From contig JBHLLT010000001.1 in NCBI GenBank assembly GCA_048938855.1, forward strand, positions 224,124-288,123: DNA of 64,000 bases. The letters run 5' to 3'. The notes beneath the pieces are model-generated. The model did not search any database, was not told where the DNA came from, and was given only the letters and a program-made list of their open reading frames with translations. Source of the DNA: Promethearchaeota archaeon. Lineage in GTDB: Archaea > Asgardarchaeota > Lokiarchaeia > Sigyniarchaeales > SOKP01. The position numbers and the translations under genes are program-made. Of the stretch, positions 40,072-49,568 are shown in pieces (positions within the stretch are counted from its first letter, which is position 1; each line of letters opens with the position of its first letter).

Positions 40072-40107
40072 AACTCATTTTTTTTACTGTTATTAGGAAA
40101 GAATAAA

Positions 40108-40650
40108 CTATATTTTATCTCGAATTGTTGTTATTTTCTTCTCAAGTTCAGATATTTCTTTTGAATGATTTACAATCTCTTTAGGTATTGATTTATATAA
40201 TTCTAAAAGATATTCATATCTTCCTAAAACTCTTAAATATTTTCCTAATTTTTCTTCTTTTTCAGCTTTAAATAGAAGTAGATTAATCTTTTCAATTTTT
40301 TGTTTCATATCTGGAGAAAGAAATTTTTGTTCTGCTATTTTCAAATCATTGGATGGTTTCTTTTCTTGTATAACCATTTCACTTCTCTTCTGGAAATTTT
40401 TTTCTGATTTAGTCTTTTCAAATGTATCTTGTTTTTCATATTTTACTAGATTTCTCAATTGGGTTATGCGTTTATCAAGCATTCCAATTTTACCATGATA
40501 TCCTAATTTTACATATATTTCTTTTGCTTTTTCTAATAAAGAAACTGCTACAACGTAATTTTTTGTATTAAACTCTTCTTTTGATCGACGTTCTAATGAT
40601 TCTGCATTTTTTTCAAGCTCGTCAAAAGGTCCAGGCATTTCAACTATCAC
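40108..40650 (-). CDS. Helical protein with two MIT/TPR-like units
   Basis: EEFNTKNYVVAVSLLEKAKEIY and AEKEEKLGKYLRVLGRYEYLLELY. Confidence 0.6.
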   Translation of the reverse strand: MIVEMPGPFDELEKNAESLERRSKEEFNTKNYVVAVSLLEKAKEIYVKLGYHGKIGMLDKRITQLRNLVKYEKQDTFEKTKSEKNFQKRSEMVIQEKKPSNDLKIAEQKFLSPDMKQKIEKINLLLFKAEKEEKLGKYLRVLGRYEYLLELYKSIPKEIVNHSKEISELEKKITTIRDKI

Positions 40651-40843
40651 AAATTAATTTTTATATTAATAATATTGCTTATCAAATAAGTTCATGATTT
40701 CTACTTTTTTAAAGATATTAAGAAATAAAAATTTAACAAAATTAGTATTTTAGTTTAGTAAAAAATTTAAAACGATATTGATTATGATCTAAATTTAACA
40801 GATTCCAAAGATCGCATTAAGATTAGTATATATGGTTTAAATT

Positions 40844-41932
40844 ATGAAAAAGTATAATGTAAGCATTTTGGGTGCTACAGGAATGGTTGGGCAAAATTAT
40901 ATTAAATTATTACATAACCATCCATGGTTTAATATTGTAGATGTTGCAGCTTCTCCTAGATCTGCTGGAAAGCCTTACAAAGAAGCTGTAAACGCTAAAT
41001 GGCAAATGTCTATTTCAATTCCAGACAGTATTAAAAACCTAGTCATAAGAGATGTTCAAGACTTTAAAGATATTCCCAAAAATCTTGATATAATCTTCTC
41101 TGCTGTTAGTATGCCCCAAAAAGAGCAAATCAAAGAATTAGAGCTTAAATATGCAAACAGAGGTTTTCCAGTAATTAGCAATAATTCAGCTCATCGTTGG
41201 ACTCCTGATGTCCCAATGATAATTGCCGAAATTAACCATGAACATGTAAATATTATACCATTACAACAAAAAACTAGAGGGTTTACAAATGGTTTCATTG
41301 TCGTAAAACCTAATTGTTCACTACAAAGTTATCTTACTCCTATTTATGCTTTAGAGGAAGCAGGATTTAAAGTAGATAAATTAGTCATCACTACCTTGCA
41401 AGCAGTTTCAGGAGCGGGTTATACTGGTGTACCCTCTTTAGATATTATAGATAATATAGTTCCATATATAGAAGGAGAAGAAGAAAAAACAGAACAAGAA
41501 CCTCTAAAAATTCTGGGTAAAATTGGGAAAACGGGTATTGAAATTAGAAATGATATAAAAATTAGTGCAACTTGTACAAGAGTTCCAGTATCCGATGGTC
41601 ATACTGCAAGTGTAAATATGAAATTTAAAGAGGATGTGCCCACACGGAAAGAAATTATACAAATTTGGACCTCATTTAAATCAGTACCCCAAGAATTAGA
41701 ATTACCATTTGCTCCTAAAAAGCCAATATTATATTTAGAGAATATTGATAGGCCTCAACCTAAGAAAGATAGAGATAATGATAAAGGAATGACTGTAACT
41801 GTTGGAAGATTAAGAGAAGATAGTGTTTTTGATTACAAATTCGTTTCTTTAAGTCATAATACGGTAAGAGGAGCTGCTGGTGGAGCGATTTTAAATGCAG
41901 AATTATTAATCTCTAAAGGATTCGTAAAATAA
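40844..41932 (+). CDS. asd: Aspartate-semialdehyde dehydrogenase (archaeal/fungal type)
   Basis: ILGATGMVGQ, PNCS, QAVSGAG, RVPVSDGH and HNTVRGAAG motifs. Confidence 0.95.
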   Translation: MKKYNVSILGATGMVGQNYIKLLHNHPWFNIVDVAASPRSAGKPYKEAVNAKWQMSISIPDSIKNLVIRDVQDFKDIPKNLDIIFSAVSMPQKEQIKELELKYANRGFPVISNNSAHRWTPDVPMIIAEINHEHVNIIPLQQKTRGFTNGFIVVKPNCSLQSYLTPIYALEEAGFKVDKLVITTLQAVSGAGYTGVPSLDIIDNIVPYIEGEEEKTEQEPLKILGKIGKTGIEIRNDIKISATCTRVPVSDGHTASVNMKFKEDVPTRKEIIQIWTSFKSVPQELELPFAPKKPILYLENIDRPQPKKDRDNDKGMTVTVGRLREDSVFDYKFVSLSHNTVRGAAGGAILNAELLISKGFVK

Positions 41933-41940
41933 CCATTAGA

Positions 41941-43521
41941 TTAAAATTCATGTTTATCGATGATTATTGGTAATAGTAATTTTGCTAAAGCTATTGGACT
42001 CTTCTTTTTAATTAATAAATAAAATGGAAATTCTGGAAAGACTTTGAAATACTTCTCATTCTTCAACATTTTTATTATTTTAAACTTAGGGAAAAGAGGA
42101 ACCTTTGATTGGCTGAGTATAAAATATTTTAAAATATTATGAAGCAGTAATTTATCCAAAACAAATACTCCAGCGATAAAACCAAATTTTGAAGCGAATT
42201 TTTCTTGAATTGAAGATAATGAGTTATTGTTTCTTGTTAAAAGTTCATCTTTATCGATAATTCTTATATTGGATAGAGTACTTTCTTCAAAGCTTAATAG
42301 AAGAATATATTTAATTATTCCTTTAGACAACATGTTTTGATTTTTCCCTGTATTCTTGATATATTCCTGATCTGTTATAATACAGAGTATTTGAAAATTT
42401 AGTCCAAAAGAAATGTCAATGTAATTGAATAGAAATTCGGGAATTGCCCAGTGAGAGAGTTTCTTAAGATTTAGATTAAATCCAAATAATCGAATTATAA
42501 ATCTAATAAATGTATTGTAAATTCTGGGACGAGGAACCATATCCCAATGATTATCAAAACTTCGATACCAAAATAAAGCTTTTTGGAGTAAAAATGATAT
42601 ATTATCTTTTTTTAATGGAATAAATAGTTCAAAAAAATCTAAAAGAAAGGAGATCACATCATCCTGTTTTATGAAATATGAATTATTTGTCTTTAATTGT
42701 TGTTGAATTAGATCTAGATTGTATGACATATCTGAATCGCTTAACTTAATATCTAACTCTTCTGGAGTTAAGATGTTTAGCGTTAAATTAGATTTCCCCA
42801 ATTTAGATACTTCTTTCTGCAAATGGAGTATTACTTTTATACCACTTCCTTTCATGAATATGGAAATATTAAATTCTGGGATAGATTCTTCCATAAATTT
42901 AAATAAATTTAGTAATCTAATTTGATCTAATAATTTTAAACTGGCTTTGAAAAATTTAATAATTATAGGTTCGGGATATATCATGATCAAATTTTGATTA
43001 ATGATATCTTGGAGTAAGTCCATGGAACGTTCTAAAAATTCATAAAATGAGATTTGTTCTAAGTCATCACAATGTTTGTTAATCAAATCTATTGCTTCTT
43101 CATTAAATAAACGAATTGATGATATTCTAACCTTTTTTGTTTTTAATATGGCTTTTTGCACTTTATCAAACAAGTCATCTAGATTCTCAATATCTCCACT
43201 TTTAATCCGAATTAAATCATTAGAGAGCGATTCAACAGTTTCATGTATACCTGCTTTCTTTGTTTTATATAGGTAAAGCCCTTGAAGTTTATTTTTTTTA
43301 TCAGCATTGGTAGTAATAATATCAAGGATATTCTGTTGGTCATTAATAAATCTTGGATACAAAATTTCAAAGAATTGGTACAATAGATTCGCATTTATTG
43401 AAATTGGGGTAAATGGTATTCTAAGATGTTCCTTTACATTCTCGGGTTCCTGTAGAATATATCTATTTAAATTGAATTTTAGTATTTTTATCCAATTTTC
43501 CTTGAAATTTTTATTGATCAA
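41941..43521 (-). CDS. Hypothetical protein
   Basis: 526-aa ORF; no recognised motif. Confidence 0.7.
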   Translation of the reverse strand: MINKNFKENWIKILKFNLNRYILQEPENVKEHLRIPFTPISINANLLYQFFEILYPRFINDQQNILDIITTNADKKNKLQGLYLYKTKKAGIHETVESLSNDLIRIKSGDIENLDDLFDKVQKAILKTKKVRISSIRLFNEEAIDLINKHCDDLEQISFYEFLERSMDLLQDIINQNLIMIYPEPIIIKFFKASLKLLDQIRLLNLFKFMEESIPEFNISIFMKGSGIKVILHLQKEVSKLGKSNLTLNILTPEELDIKLSDSDMSYNLDLIQQQLKTNNSYFIKQDDVISFLLDFFELFIPLKKDNISFLLQKALFWYRSFDNHWDMVPRPRIYNTFIRFIIRLFGFNLNLKKLSHWAIPEFLFNYIDISFGLNFQILCIITDQEYIKNTGKNQNMLSKGIIKYILLLSFEESTLSNIRIIDKDELLTRNNNSLSSIQEKFASKFGFIAGVFVLDKLLLHNILKYFILSQSKVPLFPKFKIIKMLKNEKYFKVFPEFPFYLLIKKKSPIALAKLLLPIIIDKHEF

Positions 43522-43525
43522 TTAA

Positions 43526-45013
43526 TCAGAGCGCCTCCCATAGTTTTAATTTATTATTTAAGTCTCCATTATACCAATACCCGTTAATTTTTGTATATAG
43601 ATTCAGATTTGGTAACTGCTTTTTACCAAAATATTTTAATATTAATTCTAAGCACTCAAAAAAACTAGGATAACAACCAGGGAATTCCAGAATATTTTTA
43701 TTTTGCTTTACTTTAACTTTTGATTTCTTTTTCGATATTTTTTCTTTGAAAATCTTGTTTTTTGCCTCTCCAATAATATTTTTTTTGGATTCAATAATTA
43801 ATTTTCGAAAATTATAATTTTTTGTTGTAGATATGGCGCAGTCTCCAAAAATAAAATAATTATTAGTTTGATTTGGTTCTGTTGGATTTTTTCCAATTAA
43901 AAATGAATTCTTACCATTGTATTTCAAATCTTTTCCCATATATGTTTTCATAAAATTTAATAGATGATAAGCCTGATTATAGCATCCTGAGCAATAGTTG
44001 CCAGAGCTAATGGTCATATTCCTTACTCTAATATCTGTAAGTTCTGAGACACATTGTACGATATCAGTTTGGACCGCTTCAATTTTTTCACCCAAAATCT
44101 TGATACCAGATAATGTAGGAACTTCAATATTCTTATTATTGGCAGCTACCATCATTTCGTTGCTACTACTATCAAGATTTAATATATTTAATGTAACTAC
44201 ATCAACAGAAATTAGATCAACTCCAATAACCATTAATTTAGTTTTCTTTAATTTAGAATCTTCATATATATATGGTCCAGCACCTTCTAAAGTGAAAAAT
44301 AAATCATTTATAATTAAATTGGGCTGCCTAATAGAATATGCATCCAAAATAGTGGAAATTAAATCTTGCTTATATTGATCATGAACTAAATTTTCTCTCA
44401 AATTATTTCCTATTACTCGATATTTCGGAGGAATAATTGAATACAAGTTAAATAAAGATAAATTTAGCGTGAATAAAGGATTTACATTAATCTGGTTAAG
44501 AGATATAAATTTATCTGAATTAAGAATTATATTTGGAATAAAATACTCATTACCATTTATTTCTACAAGAGAGAGTGATTTCTGTTTAATTTTCTTTAAA
44601 TCATCCTGACTTAACTCCTTATTCCCATAAATATCACTATTATCAAGAAATACTAAATCTGCCCCAAGAGCTTCAAAAAATTCTTTTAAATTTAATAAAT
44701 CAGAAATAATTTTAATAGGAATCCCTTCCACTGGATAACTACCCAAATATATCCTAGCTGCTCCAGCTTCTTTACAAGAGATAATAAGTGCTTTTAATAC
44801 GTCAAAATTAGTATTAGTTGGAAAACCTCCTGGTAGATTTAGATTAAATTTAATAAAAATTTGATCATCTTTATTAATAAAATTGGAAATCCCTCCAAGT
44901 TGTTCGATTCCTTTTAATAAACATTCCTTTGGAGTATTAGCTTTACTTATTACAACTTCTGGTTTCTTTGATCTTGATGCAGTTAACATAAAGAATGTAG
45001 TTTCGCAATTCAT
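43526..45013 (-). CDS. DUF362-domain protein with C-terminal Cys motifs
   Basis: LGGISNFI..IFIKFNL, EGAGP and DLISVD; CSGC, GDCA, PGCYP. Confidence 0.75.
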   Translation of the reverse strand: MNCETTFFMLTASRSKKPEVVISKANTPKECLLKGIEQLGGISNFINKDDQIFIKFNLNLPGGFPTNTNFDVLKALIISCKEAGAARIYLGSYPVEGIPIKIISDLLNLKEFFEALGADLVFLDNSDIYGNKELSQDDLKKIKQKSLSLVEINGNEYFIPNIILNSDKFISLNQINVNPLFTLNLSLFNLYSIIPPKYRVIGNNLRENLVHDQYKQDLISTILDAYSIRQPNLIINDLFFTLEGAGPYIYEDSKLKKTKLMVIGVDLISVDVVTLNILNLDSSSNEMMVAANNKNIEVPTLSGIKILGEKIEAVQTDIVQCVSELTDIRVRNMTISSGNYCSGCYNQAYHLLNFMKTYMGKDLKYNGKNSFLIGKNPTEPNQTNNYFIFGDCAISTTKNYNFRKLIIESKKNIIGEAKNKIFKEKISKKKSKVKVKQNKNILEFPGCYPSFFECLELILKYFGKKQLPNLNLYTKINGYWYNGDLNNKLKLWEAL

Positions 45014-45065
45014 ATATTAAATTAATAATATAAAATAATGAAAGAAATAAATTTTAAGTTAAGTA

Positions 45066-45944
45066 ATGTGTAAAATGTCAAAAATAGATCTTGGTGATTA
45101 TATAAATCAAATTCCTTCGAATAACTTAGGAATAGATATGGGACAGACCCTCTCGAAATTAGCATATATAGAAGGAAATGAATTGACACTGCATACTTTT
45201 CCAACGCAGGAAGAAATTTCCTTGATTGAAAAGGATCTGAAATCTAAAGAGGGACAATTTTCTGAATATAATTTTACAGGGGGGAGGAGTTATAATTTAT
45301 TTAGTGAATTTTCTAAAAAATTTAAGACAAATCTTATAAACGAATTTGAAGCAAATGCTTTAGGAATTAAATTTTTATATAATCTGGAAAAAAAGAAAGA
45401 CCTTCCACGTTCTTTGATAGTAAGTATAGGGACAGGGACTTCAATTGTGTTATTAGATGAAAATTTTAAACATTTAGGGGGATCAGCCCTAGGTGGTGGA
45501 TTTTTTATGGGCATAATAAAGGCATTATTTAACATAAATGATTTCAATGAAGCAATAGATTTAGCAAAAAAAGGTAATCGATATAAGGTCGATTTAAAAG
45601 TGTCAGATATTTATTCCGCCGAAGATAATAGGATTGATTCAATTTTTAGAGAATTTACAGCAGCATCATTAGGAAAGATTAATTATGATTTTAATATGAA
45701 TTCATTGGCTAAAGAGGATTTTATTAATTCTATAATCAGTATGATCGGTGAGAATATTGGTACGATTGCTATTAATATGTCAGATATAAATATTGTAAAA
45801 AATATTGTCTTTTGTGGAGGAGTTTTAATAGAAAACAGGATTTTGAAGCAAATATTATCTCTGCTATGTAAATTCAATGGTAAAAAAGCGATATTCTTAA
45901 AGAACTCAGAATATTGTGCTGCTATTGGAGCACTTTTATTCTAG
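45066..45944 (+). CDS. Type II pantothenate kinase (fumble/CoaW-like)
   Basis: GIDMGQTLSKL, TGGRS, NEFEA, VSIGTGTS, GGSALGGG, DLKVSDIY, ASLGK and AIGAL motifs. Confidence 0.85.
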   Translation: MCKMSKIDLGDYINQIPSNNLGIDMGQTLSKLAYIEGNELTLHTFPTQEEISLIEKDLKSKEGQFSEYNFTGGRSYNLFSEFSKKFKTNLINEFEANALGIKFLYNLEKKKDLPRSLIVSIGTGTSIVLLDENFKHLGGSALGGGFFMGIIKALFNINDFNEAIDLAKKGNRYKVDLKVSDIYSAEDNRIDSIFREFTAASLGKINYDFNMNSLAKEDFINSIISMIGENIGTIAINMSDINIVKNIVFCGGVLIENRILKQILSLLCKFNGKKAIFLKNSEYCAAIGALLF

Positions 45945-45977
45945 ATCATATGATTTAAAGACATATACTATATTATG

Positions 45978-46047
45978 TGTGCCCATTTGGAGATCAATAA
46001 TCATTGAATTCATAAATAACCTCATAAAGACACTATAAATGGGCACA
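45978..46047. repeat. Perfect 11-bp inverted repeat with 48-nt spacer
   Basis: TGTGCCCATTT (45978-45988) and AAATGGGCACA (46037-46047). Confidence 0.8.
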
Positions 46048-46211
46048 ATTAATATTATTTAATAGGATATATAATTCTTTCATTCCAAACAAATATTATC
46101 TTTATCAATTAGCCCCTTAATACAAGGTATTTTAATACCTCAAGTGTGAATAATATTGATCAAAATATATTTTTTGGATCTTTCCTTATATAAAATATTG
46201 GTCTAAAAACA

Positions 46212-46880
46212 TTGAGAATAATAATGGTTGATAAAACTAACACAGAACAAAACCAGATTAAAGTAAATGGTCGGGCAAAAGAAATTCTTTTTCGTGCAAT
46301 GGACATAATTTTGAAAAACTTGGAAGAAAATGTTCAGCATCTTAAAAAAGACAAATATTTTACATATACCCAAAAATTCATTGAGTTAGTTCATAATGGG
46401 ATAGTCAATAAGCGAAAGTTTTTTTTATTAGCCTCAGGAAGGAGTGCTTTTGTACTTCAAACTTTTTCTACTCGTTTAGTCCATCTTGGCACGGAAGTTT
46501 ATATGGTGACCAATTTAGCGTCAATACCGGCATTAACAGAAGATGATATTTTAATTGTACTCTCGGGATCAGGAACGACTAAAATAGTGGTCTCATTATT
46601 GGAGAATTATGTTAATAATGTAAAACCTTACGCAATAGTCTCCATTACTTCTCATACAGAATCAATCATCGGAAGAATTGCTGATATTACAATTAAATTA
46701 AAGGGTCGAACAAAGAAGGATATGACTGATCCTCAAGATGATCAAGCCATCTTAACAACTGAAGGTACCCAATTTGAAATTGCAGCATTCGTATATCTTG
46801 ATTCAATTATAGCTGAGTTAGCAGTAAGAATGGGTAAAACAAATGCTGATATGCTAAAGAGACACTCAGAATCGATCTAA
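46212..46880 (+). CDS. hxlB: SIS-domain 6-phospho-3-hexuloisomerase-like protein
   Basis: SGRSAFV..FSTRLVHLG, SGSGTT, GTQFE and MLKRH motifs. Confidence 0.75.
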   Translation: MRIIMVDKTNTEQNQIKVNGRAKEILFRAMDIILKNLEENVQHLKKDKYFTYTQKFIELVHNGIVNKRKFFLLASGRSAFVLQTFSTRLVHLGTEVYMVTNLASIPALTEDDILIVLSGSGTTKIVVSLLENYVNNVKPYAIVSITSHTESIIGRIADITIKLKGRTKKDMTDPQDDQAILTTEGTQFEIAAFVYLDSIIAELAVRMGKTNADMLKRHSESI

Positions 46881-46932
46881 TCTTAATTCTTTTTATTTGA
46901 ATTCTCTTTTAAAAAGGAGATTTATTTTCCAT

Positions 46933-47325
46933 TTATTCAAAACTAAATTCTTGAATTAAGTTAGCAATATGCTCCTTAAATTCTTCTTTTATTAATGTGT
47001 AATATGTATATTTTCCTTTTTTCCATCCTCGAATTAATCCCACTTTTTCTAATTCTCTCAGATGATGTGAAATTGAAGGTTGAGATTTGTCTAAAATTGC
47101 TTCTAATTCACATACACACCTTTCTTTATTCATCAAGGCGGTCAAAATAACTAAACGTTCTTTATTACTTAATGCATTAAAAAATTCTAATAAAGAGTTT
47201 AACATATCATTAAATTTTAAATCTTTTCCAATTTTTTGTAGATTTTTGAAGTAAGCATCACCATCAGTACAATCATCGCATCCGCATAATGTATCTTTTA
47301 TTTTCGCTTTTCGATCGACTTTCAA
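46933..47325 (-). CDS. ArsR/SmtB metalloregulator, divergent from the hgcA-like gene
   Basis: FNALSNKERL..CVCELEAILDKSQPSISHHLREL...KKGKYTYY; extra N-terminal CGCDDC. Confidence 0.92.
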   Translation of the reverse strand: MKVDRKAKIKDTLCGCDDCTDGDAYFKNLQKIGKDLKFNDMLNSLLEFFNALSNKERLVILTALMNKERCVCELEAILDKSQPSISHHLRELEKVGLIRGWKKGKYTYYTLIKEEFKEHIANLIQEFSFE

Positions 47326-47409
47326 TTGAGTATCACATTATATTTATATTCTTACTATTATATAACGCATGAAATTATAAAAATTTTATCTATATTTATA
47401 ATTCTAGAT

Positions 47410-47433
47410 TCACATCGAAATATTTTTATATGA
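47410..47433. promoter_or_regulatory. Putative ArsR operator (imperfect 11-2-11 inverted repeat)
   Basis: TCACATCGAAA-TA-TTTTTATATGA, 8/11 symmetric, in the divergent intergenic region. Confidence 0.5.
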
Positions 47434-47514
47434 TACATTCTATTAATATTTCAAGTGCTGTAAAATCAAAATTAAGTTGTTATTAGGGGATGGTTACTCA
47501 TAGCAGTAGTATAC

Positions 47515-49161
47515 ATGCGAAAACTAGAAGAAGAACCAGAAACTTATGATTCTAAATTTACTGTATTAACAAAAGGAGTGAATCTTGAGGTACAAGACTG
47601 GATTTTAGATCGAATTAATGGCTCTGAATCAATATTAGAAATTGGATGTGGCACAGGTACTCTAGCAACAAAAATGGCGCAAAAAGGAAATAACGTAATT
47701 GCAATTGATAAAAACTTTCAAATGATTAATTATGCGATGAAAAATTTTCCCTCAGATTTATCTGGCGGAAAACTATTATATCAGACGGGTTCGTTTACAG
47801 ATTTAGCCACACCCCCTCGCTCTCAAGATTTAATCGTAAGTAAATTTATGTTATCTGAATTACGCCCTTTAGAACAGCAAATTTTTCTTAGAAATGTATG
47901 GAAAATGCTGAAACCCAAAGGGCGTTTAATTGTAGCTGCCGAATTTGTACCTACTGGCTTTTGGAAGATTTCATTTAAATTGAAAAGATGGCGATATAAG
48001 AAAAAATTAAGACGTTTACGAATTCAAAGCACGCATCTAGTTAAATGGTTTTATAAGTATCTAGAACCAATAGGTTATAAAATCAGTACTCTTGTAAAAT
48101 GGAAACATGGGTCAATTCAAGCCATAGAACTACAAAAGATTAATGACAATGGAACCAATGAACCTGGATATTATAGACCTAAAATTAAAAGATTTTCTGG
48201 ATTCCGATCTCAATTAAGAATTTATCGTTGTATTTTCACAGGACAAGTTGATAGGGTACCTATAGAACCCGGCATTTATAAATCTGGAAATCCTGATGAA
48301 AAATCACCGATAATTGTCACTGCAAATTATGAATTTACGTATATTAAAGTTATGCGTGATCTTAAAGGTCTAGACGCATGGGTATTATGTGTTGATTCAA
48401 ACGGTATAAATGTATGGTGTGCTGCTCGTGGTAACGATTTTGGAAACAATCAACTTATTGAAGCAGTAGAAGCTACAGGGATCAGAAATATTACTCAAAA
48501 GAAAACATTAATATTACCCCAACTTTCAGCAGGGGGTATTGCAATACCTCAACTTCCCAAAAATTCAGAGGAATTTCCTTTTAGAGTTAGATATGGACCA
48601 GTTTGGTCTAAATCAATTCCTCAATTCCTTGAAGAAAATCCTGCTAAAAAGCCTGATAGAATGAAACTAGCTCGATTTACACCTTACTATAGAATTCGTG
48701 CTGGAGTTACTCATATCTCATTTTTATTCCGAAAAATCTTCATCCTACCTTTAATTGCATTAGTTCTTCTGTTCTTAATCCTGACTTGGTTTAATAAATT
48801 ATGGTGGGTTGGTGAATTATCACTCTGGATAATTATCGCAAATTTAATTTTTGTATTATTTTTTCCAATCTCAGGTTTTACGAGGAGATTTATTATAAAG
48901 GGTATTTTTTTCGGGATAATTAATGTAATTCTCTTGGGAGGATTGGCTTATTTGATCCATAACAATATATATTACGTTCTCTGGCAGTTAGGTTTTTATT
49001 TTTGGGTGACTTATTTCTCAGTAATGTCATTTAGTGGGTACACAATGGCCACAAGCCCTAGAGAAATCCAAGAAGAATATCCCATTTTTAATTTAACGAA
49101 TAAAATTTTAATTATCCTAAGTATAGTCCTTCTGACTTTAGGATTTTTTTTTACAACATAA
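47515..49161 (+). CDS. hgcA: Class I SAM methyltransferase fused to an HgcA-like corrinoid protein with C-terminal TM domain
   Basis: ILEIGCGTG motif I; IEPGIYKSGNPDEKSPIIVTANYEFT, DSNGINVWCAA (Cys302), LILPQLSAGG, YGPV; about 5 TM helices; FSGYT..TSP. Confidence 0.8.
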   Translation: MRKLEEEPETYDSKFTVLTKGVNLEVQDWILDRINGSESILEIGCGTGTLATKMAQKGNNVIAIDKNFQMINYAMKNFPSDLSGGKLLYQTGSFTDLATPPRSQDLIVSKFMLSELRPLEQQIFLRNVWKMLKPKGRLIVAAEFVPTGFWKISFKLKRWRYKKKLRRLRIQSTHLVKWFYKYLEPIGYKISTLVKWKHGSIQAIELQKINDNGTNEPGYYRPKIKRFSGFRSQLRIYRCIFTGQVDRVPIEPGIYKSGNPDEKSPIIVTANYEFTYIKVMRDLKGLDAWVLCVDSNGINVWCAARGNDFGNNQLIEAVEATGIRNITQKKTLILPQLSAGGIAIPQLPKNSEEFPFRVRYGPVWSKSIPQFLEENPAKKPDRMKLARFTPYYRIRAGVTHISFLFRKIFILPLIALVLLFLILTWFNKLWWVGELSLWIIIANLIFVLFFPISGFTRRFIIKGIFFGIINVILLGGLAYLIHNNIYYVLWQLGFYFWVTYFSVMSFSGYTMATSPREIQEEYPIFNLTNKILIILSIVLLTLGFFFTT

Positions 49162-49205
49162 ATTTAAAAAAAATGAAAGATGTATAAAAATAGGAGGTAA
49201 GTAAA

Positions 49206-49568
49206 ATGACAGAAACTAATCTTGAATCATTAAATTTTTCTGAATTTATTAAAGATGTCTTAATTTTTATTGATAAAGACGTATGTAATGGTTGTGGGCT
49301 TTGTGCAGAATTATGTCCGTTCGGACTTCCACAAGCTAATAGTTCAGGAAAATATGAGATAAGTAGACCGGAATTATGTACAGAATGTAGTGCCTGTAAG
49401 AGAAATTGTCCAGTTCAAGCAATTATCTTGAATGAACGTAAAGGATGTGGATGTCTTTGGAACGCCCGAGGAGTAGCAAAGAATAAGAAAAAGGGCATCA
49501 CAGTTGAAAATTCATGTGGATGCGGACCAACTAACGAGAACAGCGTAAATAACAGTTGTTGTGGATAA
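49206..49568 (+). CDS. hgcB: HgcB-like 2x[4Fe-4S] ferredoxin with Cys-rich tail
   Basis: CNGCGLCAELCP, CTECSACKRNCP, GCGC and terminal SCCG; GGAGGT RBS. Confidence 0.8.
   Translation: MTETNLESLNFSEFIKDVLIFIDKDVCNGCGLCAELCPFGLPQANSSGKYEISRPELCTECSACKRNCPVQAIILNERKGCGCLWNARGVAKNKKKGITVENSCGCGPTNENSVNNSCCG

Noticed and set aside
45978-46047. Third SECIS element
   Set aside because: AUGA is present, but there is no GA directly after the 3' helix strand, no apical A run and no upstream UGA gene on that strand
29368-49568. Functional link between selD genes and the hgc-like locus (Se-Hg chemistry, Sec-HgcA)
   Set aside because: About 15 kb apart with unrelated genes between; the HgcA cap residue is TGT Cys
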